NCBI GenBank assembly: GCA_051362555.1
Contig: CM120642.1
Coordinates: 3,410,001-3,474,000, forward strand
Direction of reading: 5' to 3'
Length of the DNA stretch: 64,000 nt
Source of the DNA: Lingula anatina
Taxonomy: Eukaryota > Animalia > Brachiopoda
Made by a program: the position numbers and the translations under genes. The notes beneath the pieces are model-generated. The model worked only from the letters and a program-made list of their open reading frames with translations, did not search any database and was not told where the DNA came from. Position 1 is the stretch's first letter. Each line of letters begins with the position of its first letter. This document shows positions 44,407 through 55,002 of this stretch, in pieces.

Positions 44407-45909
44407 CATCAGTCCACCACAACATCGACGTCGAACTGGCCATGGGACCGGAAAGCCACAGGAACGAATGCAGGCTATCGTGGGTCCGCGCAAATTACCT
44501 TTTGCATCATTAATAAAATAGTTGTTGTTACAGAGATGCATCTATGAAGATCTTACATCTTTTTTTAGTAGATTTATTTCTTAACGATATATACGGCGAT
44601 TTGATATGAACCTTTTGCATAAAAAAACGGTATTGTTTACAATAAGTGATCAATTTGACATCAACTTTTTGCAGGTCATTATCATCAAGTCTGCACCGTC
44701 AATGACACTTCCTTTCTCTTCACTTAAAAGTCCTTAAAATGGTGCTGACGAGGGGAAGCTCATTGAACTTTGAACTCTTTTTTTTTTTCAGGTACATGAC
44801 GGATCAAACTTGGATTGAGTCAATTGCTGACTCGATATGGCGCCGTGCATGTCATACTGCCCTTTCATCAAAAAGTGCTATCTTCTCGGTGGTAAATCTG
44901 CAAGAAAAGTTTTCATTTTTTCAAAATTCGCGTTGCCGCTATTGCTTTACCTATTCATACATTCTTTTGTATGCCCTTTCCCTCTTGGACCCCTGCTTAT
45001 GAAGACTGTTCGTATGGTCATACAGTACCCGGGGCAATTCCACAGTCGACATTTCAAATGGCAAACAATGCTCAAAACTCAAACCGTCAAGGTGTGAACC
45101 GTTCTGGATCTCTTTCGTGCTCTGTAACGCCATAGGTGAAGTCAAACGTAACCTCAGTGTAAATCAAAATGAAAATAAAAGCACTTGAATTCATATAGCT
45201 AGGAACACTGTAGGCAGGCTTATCAATAAAAGCGACCGAAGTTAAAATGATTCAGTAACTTTCCCGGTATCGCACCACGTCACATCACCCGTAAACCGCT
45301 ATCAGCAGAAAAAGATGGCATCTTCTTGGCGGAATTATTTGCCAAATATGTTTTTTTTCTCAGAATTTGCATCGTCACAATTGTGCATGCTAGAATGGAA
45401 AGCGCACCAATTTTCTTTTACATATTTGAATGTTTCTTAACGCTTTCCTCTTCATAGGGGCTTGCTTAAACAAAAACCAACCCAAAGAATTTCTCGCTGA
45501 CTGACAGTAAAAAGAAAGCCATCAATGTAGGAACGCTTCGATCCAGGTTGTTAAACAAGGTTTAGTGGACATGATGAACTTCAATGTTCATGGGTAGACC
45601 ATGTTCGGGACCTGGCGTCCGTCGGGAAGAAATGCGGCACCCCGACTGTCGATCGTAATTGCAGGTATCTTCGTAAAGATATCCAAACTGGCCTTCTTCG
45701 TGAGAAGATAAAGATTTTCATTTGATCACTCGTTCCGTAGCCGAGTAAGTCTGGCTCCGTGGTACCTCCGCCGTCTTGGACGCAGGTAGACAGTTGTACG
45801 CGAGTTCGAGTTCGCGAATGCAACTCCAACTTTTTTTTGCCAGATATCATTTTCAAAAATTGCCTTTGATTACTATAAGAGGAAACTCGTAGGTACGGAG
45901 GGTGGGCGG

Positions 45910-46015
45910 GTCAGTCACGGCGCAGTCGGTAGCGTGGCTGGCTGCAAAATACAAATGCAAAGCCGTCATCAAACATGGTGACGTAGAGTCACGGGTTCGA
46001 ATCCCAGATGACGCA
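45910..46015 (+). ncRNA. tRNA-like Pol III cassette, unit 2
   Basis: Same A-box, B-box and hairpins as unit 1. Confidence 0.4.
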
Positions 46016-47512
46016 TGTCAGTCCATCACAGCATCGATGTCGACCTGGCCGTGGATTCGGGAAGCCACACGAACGAATGCGGGCTCTCGTGGGTCCACGC
46101 AAATTACCTTTTTTGCATCATTAATAAAAAACCTTTCACAGTGATGCATCTATGAAAATATTACATCTTTCAAAGTAGATTTATTTCTTTAAGATATATA
46201 CGGTGATTTGATATGAAACTTTTGCATAAAAAAACGGTATTGTTTACAATAAGTGATCAATTTGACATCAACTTTTTGCAGGTCATTATCATCAAGTCTG
46301 CACCGTCAATGAAACTTCCTTTCTCTTCACTTAAAAGTCCTTAAAATGGTGCTGACGAGGGGAAGCTCATTAAACTCTTTTTTTTTTTCAGGTCCGTGAC
46401 AGATCAAACTTGGATTGAGTCAATTGCTGACCCGATACGGCGCCATGCATGTCATACTGCCCTTTCATCGAAAAGTGCTATCTTCTCTGTGGGATAATCT
46501 GCAAGAAAAGTTTACATTTTTTTTTCAAAATTCGCGTTGCCGCTATTGCTTCACTCATTGATACATTCTTTTGTATGCCCTTTCCCTCTTGGACCCCTGC
46601 TTATGAAGACTGTTCGTATGGTCATACAGTACCCGGGGCAATTCCACAGTCGACATTTCAAGTGGCAAACAATGCTCAAAACTCAAACCGTCAAGGTGTG
46701 AACCGCTCTGGATCTCTTCGTGCTCTATAACGCCATAGGTGAAGTCAAACGTAACCTCAGTGTAAATCAAAATCAAAATAAAAGCACTTGAATTCATATA
46801 GCTAGGAACATTGTAGGCAGGCTTATCAATAAAAGCGACCGAAGTTAAAGTGATTTAGTAACTTTCCCGGTATCGCACCACGTCACATCACCCGTGAACG
46901 GCTATCAGCAGCAAAAGATGGCATCTTCTAGGCGGAATTATTTGGCAAATATGTTTTTTTTCTCAGAATTTGCATCGTCACAATTGCACATGCTAGAATG
47001 GAAAGCGCGCCATTTTTTTTTTATACATTTGAACGTTTTTTAACGCTTTCCTCTTCATAGGAGCTTGCTTAAACTAAAACCGCCCAAAAGAATTTCTCGC
47101 TGACTGACGGTAAAAAGAAAGCCATCAATGTAGGAACGCTTCGATCCTGGTTGTTAAACAAGGTTTAGTGGACATGATGAACTTCAATGTTCATGGGTAG
47201 ACCATGTTCGGGACCTGGCGTGGCTCGGGAAGAAATGCGGCACCCCGACTGTCGATCGTAATTGCAGATATCTTCGTGTAGACATCCAAACTGGCCTTCT
47301 CCGTGAGAAGGTAAACATTTCCATTTGATCACTTACTCCGTAGCCAAGTAAGTCTGGCTCCGTGGTACCTCCGCCGTCTTGGACGCAGGTAGACAGTTGT
47401 ACGCGGGTTCGAGATCGAGAATGCAACACCAACTTTTTTTTGCCAGAAATCATTTTCAAAAATTGCCTTTGATTACTATAAGAGGAAACTCGTAGGTACG
47501 GAAGGTGGGCGG

Positions 47513-47618
47513 GTCAGTCACGGCGCAGTCGGTAGCGTGGCTGGCTGCAAAAAACAAATGCAAAGCCGTCATCAAACATGGTGACGTAGAGTCACGGGTT
47601 CGAATCCCAGATGACGCA
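47513..47618 (+). ncRNA. tRNA-like Pol III cassette, unit 3
   Basis: Same A-box, B-box and hairpins as unit 1. Confidence 0.4.
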
Positions 47619-49154
47619 TGTCAGTCCATCACAACATCGACGACGACCTGGCCCTGGAATCGGGAAGCCACACGAACGAATGCGGGCTCCCGTGGGTCCA
47701 CGCAAATTACCTTTTGCATCATGAATAAAAAAGTTGTCACAGTGATGCATATATGAAGATCTTACGTCTTTTAAAGTAGATTTATTTCTTATATATATAT
47801 ATTGTATATATATTATATATGGTATTTTGATATGAAACTTTTGCATAAAAAACGGTAATGTTTACAATAAGTGATCAATTTGACATCAACTTTTTGCAGG
47901 TCATTATCATCAAATCTGCAACGTCAATAATACTTCCTTTCTCTTCACTTAAAAGTCCTTAAAATGGTGGTGACGAGGGGAAGCTCATTAAACTCTTTTT
48001 TTTTTCAGGTAAAACTTGAGATGAAACTTCAGATGAAACTTGGATTGAGTCAATTGCTGACCCGATATGGCGCCATGCATGCCATACTGCCCTCTCATCG
48101 AAAATGCTATCTCGGTGGGAGAAAAGTTTTCATTTTTTTTCCAAAATTTATAACAATTAATATTCACCGTTTTCCTTTTCCGTTTTGAAAAGGAAGAAAT
48201 CATTTAAAAGTAAGCAATATTCTACCCATCTTCGTATGAAAGAGAAAAATACATAATTAGTTTTTCTGGTTTTTACTTTTAAACTGCTTATTGAAAAATG
48301 GCATTGAACTCTAACCACGTATGCTAGGCTAGCCATTTACGCCAATATTGATACATTATCGACACTTATTGAGACAAAGATGCCGATACGATTACTTTCT
48401 AGTCAATTGATTTTGGGACAGATGAATATACCACTTATACAGGGGCAGATCCAGGATTATTTGAAGGGGGGGGGGCTTTTTTTTTTAGGAATGACAGGCC
48501 TCGGATGCGAAGCTTACCCACGTCACCAATATTATAAATAAAGAGAAATTGACCAAGTGATTTAACTAACTTAAATAGGTCAAGAGGCTCTTTTTTGCTG
48601 TCCTCAGACTGACGGGGCTGAATTTTACGGACTCCTAGCAATACCAGAACTTATTTTAATTCCATCTTTGCTATGGTTGTTGTTATGTTAAAACTGGATT
48701 AATTAACGCCACATCTTGATTGTGTGTTAACTTAAAATTGTCATATTCTATGATAAAGAAAATATTAAGACAGTAAGGTTTAAAGATTATTGTAAAGTAC
48801 ATTGTAGAGACCAATTTTCTTACAACAGTCTGAGAACGGCAGCGATCTGAGGCCTTCACATATATTTGCACTATTTTTGATATGATAAAATGGAGTTTCA
48901 CTTTTAACTTAATTTGTTGAAGTATACGTGTTTAATACTTTCCATTCGTTTGAAAGACTGGCAATAATTTTGATGGCCTTTTACAGTCCAAAGGAATTGG
49001 CATTGAGGAGACAAGAGTCAAAGTTTTAAAGGGAGGAAAATCCCAACCATTAATTGCTTAGTCAACAGGTTAGTTCCACCTTCAAAAGAACACGGTTTTT
49101 GCAGGGAAAAAGAATTCTCCAGACAAAGCTGCTGCTTCTCCATAGTGTAGATCG

Positions 49155-49160
49155 TTTATT
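49155..49160 (-). terminator. Candidate polyadenylation signal of the SLC25A15-like gene
   Basis: TTTATT on plus = AATAAA on minus, ~780 nt past the stop codon; other AATAAA hexamers also lie in this region. Confidence 0.35.
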
Positions 49161-49433
49161 GTCACTATTATTATTATAAACGTTATCATTTACGACTGCA
49201 AACTACAGGAACATTGGCAAAAAAGTACGTATGGTCCTTCATCCTTTTCAGATTTATTTCAGTCACAGTGTATACAACTCCAATCATCTGATGTGCAGGG
49301 GACTAGTCCTTTTGTCACTTTTAAATTGTGCATTTTTCATAACTGTGCAGCACCCATAGAGCCTTTCCTGCATGAGCATATTTAAAAATAAAAAATTCAG
49401 CGTAGAACAGTTTCATTAGCTATGTTATTATAA

Positions 49434-49624
49434 TAGACTTGTGAAGATTCTTTTGTCTATAGCTATTTATATTAGTTTGATCTTACCATCCAATATTTCA
49501 TCTGCTTGTCATACCTGTCACAACCTCATTCCCTGATGAAATCTGACTGCAAGCAGATGAAATATTGGATGGTAAGATCAAACTAATATAAATAGCTATA
49601 GACAAAAGAATCTTCACAAGTCTA
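49434..49624. repeat. Perfect 75-bp inverted repeat with a 41-nt spacer
   Basis: 49434-49508 TAGACTTGTGAAG...CATCTGCTTG is the exact reverse complement of 49550-49624. Confidence 0.93.
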
Positions 49625-49940
49625 AAAAATTCAGCTTTCTTTTCTCTAAAATAAGCAAAGTTCTGAGTCTATGCTTCACCATTTTCATATTACGTGGTCC
49701 CATTGTTGACTTGTATTGAGCTTGTCCTGTTTCCTATTAATTCATCAGCTTACAAAATTAATGCTGATATATTTCAAAATGTGCTTCATGTTCTTGACAA
49801 TCATATTGATACATATCAGGAAATCAGTCTGCTCATGTGTATGAATAAATATGGAGGTATGACGTGACATGAACATAAAATGAAAAGCTGCCACATGGTA
49901 TCTTCAGCTGAGTCTTCGTTCCAAAGCAGTGAACAGTGTG

Positions 49941-52900
49941 CTAGGAAGACGCCAAGTTGGTCAGGTTCCTTTTTGTCACTTCATATGCCAAGAATAGAGC
50001 ACCAGTTGAAGGAAATGTTCTTAACAGATTTGGCCCAAGACCCCTATATAGGGCACCTATACCTGAAACACATTAGCGTAAATAATTATTAGCAGACAAG
50101 AATTTATCGATACTGTTGTTTGTTGTTGGATGTCAATTTCATATATTTTATTGGTTATTCTGCTTGTATAGTCAAGTATTATTAAATAATGAATGTGCAT
50201 GTTCGCAGTAAAATTACTTTAATCATTATGTCAAATATACTGCAACTTTTTCAAAACCATTTTATGTACAAAATAATTTTGAATAGTACATATCAATGCA
50301 GCCAATATGTGGCTTGATCAAATATTTGTTCTCATTCTCCTTTGAATTTAAACATATACACCTATTCTTTAAAATCTATTATAAAATACTAGTGGAAACT
50401 GCATGTTCATTCATTAAAAATTAATTCCTTGGAAAATATGTATTTACCTTCTTCTTTAAATATCTTAATCAGTGTACCAAAAAAGGGAGGAGTCGCCCCT
50501 TTCCCAACGCACTGAACCTGGATTCTAGATTTCACCACATCTGTAGGAAATACTGCAATCCACAAAGACACTCCTCCGACGCCCCCCGCTAGAACTGTAC
50601 CAAGGGGCCCTTGGGGGGAAAAAAAGGATATAATCAACACAGAATATGAACTCATATCCAGGCAAGTGGGGTCTGATAATACTCAATGAAAACCTCTGGC
50701 TTAAAGTTATTAACCCAACAGATTACAGCAACGTTGCAACTTTTTTTTGTTATTTTGGAAGATGCTGACATTCAATTTTCCAAGTTCTACTTTTTTTATA
50801 TAAGCTTTGAAATTTAAAAAAAAAATTGCCAAATTGTCTTAAGCATTCAATTTTTCACCAGCCCGTGACTAGAGTATGTAATAAAATACATGAGCACATA
50901 TACGACAGAAACATAAGTGGATCATCAGATAATGGGCAGCTGTCCTCATTTCGATGACCCAATTTAAATGATGTGTAATAGAAGATATAAGTTATATTAA
51001 AGCAGTGCTTTATGCCATCTTACCTACATCATCCTTAGTCTTTCCTGGGGGAGTGAGGAATGCTTTCGTGATTTCATAACCTCCAAAAAAGAAAAAATAC
51101 CCTGGTACTTCCCTGGCAAATGTGGCAGACAATCCCTTAAATAGCCCCCTGTAACCCTCCTCTTGAAGAATCTGCCTGGTGAGTTGGTAAGGTCCTCTGT
51201 CACAAATAAAACATTTTTTATCAGAAGTAGCTCATTGGGTTCAACTAAACATGAAAAAAGTAATCCCAATATGCTGAAAAAATAATCCCAAAGAGGGACT
51301 CTTTTTCTCAGCATGCTGAGATCCCGAAAAAAAATCACAACATGCTAAAATATGAAAATTTCAAGTTAAAAAAAATGGTTTGGAACTGAGGAGAGATATG
51401 CCAGCAATGGCATAGACAAACACAGCGCTCATAATATAAACAGACATATAAAGTGTCTGTGAATATACATATAAACATAACATCCATAAAATAAAAATAT
51501 CCCTTACTGAAAGATCAATCTGTTGCCAAATGTCATCAGATTCTGTGTATAAACTTACACTGATAACATTTCCCCTCGTGATAAAAAATGTTCTTTGAGA
51601 TCTCAAGATGAACTTATCTTACATAACTCAGAACTACATAAACTTTTATATAAGTAGCAATGTGCTGAAATTGCAATAAAGAGAAATGTTGTGTTTTTTT
51701 TTCTCATATACTACATGTAAATTTCATGACTGCAAATGATGCAGAGAGAAAATAAAATCTCAACATACATTCTCTGCTTTTCAGACAGACCAGTGACAGC
51801 CATTTCCCTCATGGCTTGGAGACGGCACTTCACCAGTTCAGTAGGGCAGAGAACAATAGAGGAAAATACAGCAGCGCAGCTTCCAGACAAGGCATTCTCA
51901 ACAACATTTAGATCATCAACTTTTCCACTTTTTCCAACGCCAAATGCTACCAGTTTTTGACACTGTCCATAGGCTGCAAAAAGCACAGCATTTTCTGCAA
52001 TATTAGCCATAAGTGCTGGTCCAGTACCTGCGTACAGGCCACGGGCAATGCCTTCCTTGGTATAAGTCTGTTTAAAACAGTGCCAGGCATTCTTATAGTA
52101 GGTTGGAAATGTCTGCAGTTTAACTTTTACTGTATCCAGAGGTTGGCCTACGTACACATTGGCTATCCCACCTGAAAAAGTGTGTTACAACTAAGAGATC
52201 TTGTTTTTAAAAAGAAAACATATCACAAACACTTTCTCCTAATGGAAATTCTGTCAAAACAGGACGGAATAATACTGTTTAATAATCAAATAAAGTGGTT
52301 GAAAATACATTAATATGCCATTATTCTTAAAATACTGATGAATAAAAGTTTAACAAAGAAGTTAAAACCACATTCATGTACCATAATTCTCAGTTACACG
52401 TGCACACGAAGGGTTCCAGATCTTGCTTTCAGTTTAATCCAATCATTCCAGCACCTTATTCATCATCAAATCAAAAAGATAGCCTTTTTTATAGGTTCAT
52501 ACATTTTCAGTGCAGAAGAATCAAGCTTGTGAGAAAGGGGCCATTTCCATAACCCTAATTCACTAACTGGATCAATCTAACTCCTTAGGGACTCTGGCTA
52601 AATTGCATTCAGTTTAAGCAACTTAAATGTCTGGCACTCCCCCTCGTAACTTAAATTAATTGGGTAAAGTCGGAAAAACTTTGTGGTCTTTTATGTTGTA
52701 CATGTTGCTTTATGAGGGGGTGTGTGCCAGACAATTAAGCTAATTGCACCTTAGTGAGAATCCTCACTGAAATAGATTGATCCTGCTAGTATGATAAGGT
52801 TATGGGAACACAGTCAAAGAAGGGTACCTATTAGGTCAACACTTAGCCTGTATCATAAGAAAGTATCCCAGTATTATCTCTGATAGCCCACCTGCAGTCC

Positions 52901-53003
52901 CTCCAATAAAATCTATGGCAGCATCCACATAATGTGGCAGCTTTTCCTTCTGGTTCAGTGCAGGGGTTATCAACTCTCTGGGCTCCACAGCTACCTGAGA
53001 CAT
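49941..53003 (-). CDS. SLC25A15: Mitochondrial ornithine/basic amino acid carrier (ORNT1-like, 323 aa)
   Basis: Exons 52892-53003, 51769-52171, 51024-51196, 50448-50609, 49941-50062 (972 nt). Three carrier signatures PLDTVKVKLQ, PTELVKCRLQ, PTDVVKSRIQ. ORNT-type motifs AAIDFIGGTAGG, ANIAENAVLFAAYGQCQ, REVPGYFFFFGGYE, LLRTFPSTGALFLAYE. Confidence 0.92.
52537..52812. mobile_element. Degenerate MITE-like inverted repeat in an SLC25A15 intron
   Basis: Mirrored blocks TTCCATAACC / GGTTATGGGAA, GGATCAATCTA / TAGATTGATCC and TGTCTGGCAC / GTGCCAGACA. Confidence 0.5.
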
Positions 53004-53328
53004 CTTCCTACCTCTGTTGCATTCAACATGAAGAGAAAAATAAACTTCATTTTAGCACTTACTTACTAGAAAATATATTATTTGAGTGGACTTATATGTT
53101 TCAAGAGCAGAAAAAAATTGCTCTTTTTTTTTTCGAAAAAATTCAATTTGGCGGAAAAATCCTGGATAGAATACCTTTAAACAAAAAAAAAAATCTCTTG
53201 TACAGTGCGAGTACACCAACATCTTGCAGTCATGACATTTTATCATGAAGATGATGTTTTTGTCATGTCTTAGTCAACATTAAATGCTTATGTAAGTGTA
53301 AAATATAGAGGAAAAAGTCCTTACTCAC

Positions 53329-53428
53329 CTTCAAATAGTACAACCCACAGTTTTTTAATGTGGCAAATGGACTTAACTACGCATTGGTGTTCACGTGTCA
53401 CTTCGTCATCTAGGTGGGAGTCATATGC
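53329..53428 (-). other. Candidate non-coding 5' UTR exon of the SLC25A15-like gene
   Basis: Acceptor TTCATTTCAG and strong donor AAG|GTGAGT on minus; 100 nt; lies upstream of the first coding exon, which itself starts at an acceptor. Confidence 0.4.
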
Positions 53429-54924
53429 CTGAAATGAACAGGATCAACAAGTAGATATATTGTTGTGAATGCAATAATCATGATGGCATTCAGCCGGGAT
53501 TATATGAGCAGACAGAAAAAAAAATTGCCACAGCAGCCTGGAGAACAAAGATGCTGGAATACATTGTACTTCATTATGTACATCACTCAAAAAAGTCACA
53601 TATATTATCAGAACACTAAAATATTATGTCCATCACATACAAAGTACATGATTGATCAAATTAAAGTAAATTCTACACAAGGTTAAGGTACCTAACATCT
53701 CATCACTACTCTGTTCCATACAAACACAACCTACCCACAGCCATATTTAAAATAGCCCCTGGTCTCCCATTTAAATAGCTGCTTAACTCTCCATCAGGTT
53801 TAATCCTAGTTTAAGTTATTCAAATCTGAGTCAAAATAATATTCAAAACAATTTTAAAAATGTGCTGTGACAAGCAACTGTGAGCATATGATTATAAAAT
53901 TTGGCATCTATTTACTTACTTCTTGAATGTGCTATATATCAGACTAGTCTAGACTAGTTCCCTACTAAAATGATGAGTCAGAGATGCAGTAATGTTAGCC
54001 TTAAGGTATATTTGTATATCAAATCAGAGACAAGACTGCACAGATTGTGAATCTAATTTTTTTTTATCTCTAAATAAGCACTACAAGCCAAATATACATT
54101 CAGTCACATGACTGATAAAAGTTTCCTTTTCTTGGATATAGGTATAAAAAGTCAATGGTGTTTCATCAGAGCTCAAATGAATGGATGTCACAGTAAGATC
54201 ACAACCTATGCTAATGATTTAGTAAGTCTGCTTGTCTTCAGAAGAAATGAGCAATCTGAAAATATGCCCTTAATGGAAAATATACCAGATGACCCCAACA
54301 CACATGCGTCTGAATTTCTTCCCATCACGCAAGTTCAGTTAATGTTTTAAACTGAGACCTACGAAACAATAACTTAAAGTATATATTGACATGCAATGTT
54401 TACGTGGCATCTTATATGGTATGGTTCTCTTCATAGCACAAATGCAACATATGGATATCATAATTGTAATGTAGCATAAAAGTGCAAGTTTGCTTGTTGA
54501 ATATTATTGCAGGTTTGGCCTTTCTGATAATAAAAACGTATGTGACCTAGTTCACACTAAGGCCATTTATTAGGATAAATAACAAATCTGCTCATGATTG
54601 GAATTAACGTGGATGAGGATTTCTGTTAACCTGGATTAAAAGTGTCAAGAATCAATTTATGAGAGCTTGAAGTATCCAGCTGAACAAATGAAGTGGCATC
54701 TTTATATAACAATTCATGCACTACATTTCTAGAACAGACTGCTGCTCTTTTTACATTTTTCAGACTCGCTGTGCATTTTAAATACCAATAATAGTGTGCT
54801 AGCACACAAGTATGATTGCCACCATCTCTGCTGAGTATCACTGAGTATCAAGAAAAAAAATCTCTTCCTTCCTCTGTATAGCATAAACTGAGCATCTATG
54901 AGCTAATGAGCATTTGGCTGCATA

Positions 54925-54960
<36 letters not shown>
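54925..54960. repeat. (AAT)n microsatellite
   Basis: Direct reading. Confidence 0.95.
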
Positions 54961-54965
<5 letters not shown>

Positions 54966-55002
54966 TTCTAGTTTATAAAATCATTACCAAAAGCCTATCT
55001 AT

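Larger units (their letters stand above)
43360..48145. repeat. Three-copy ~1.6-kb tandem repeat
   Basis: Marker TTTTGTATGCCCTTTCCCTCTTGGACCCC at 43371, 44965 and 46569 (periods 1594 and 1604). Units are colinear with scattered substitutions and indels. Confidence 0.95.

Noticed and set aside
43360-48145. 5S rRNA, snRNA, histone or telomerase-RNA tandem cluster
   Set aside because: No 5S, U1/U2/U6, 7SK or 7SL signature sequences, no histone ORF and no CTAACCCTAA template seen.
48438-48480. CAGGGGCAGATCCAGGA followed by a G-tract, resembling a MITE end
   Set aside because: No matching second terminus found, so boundaries cannot be supported.
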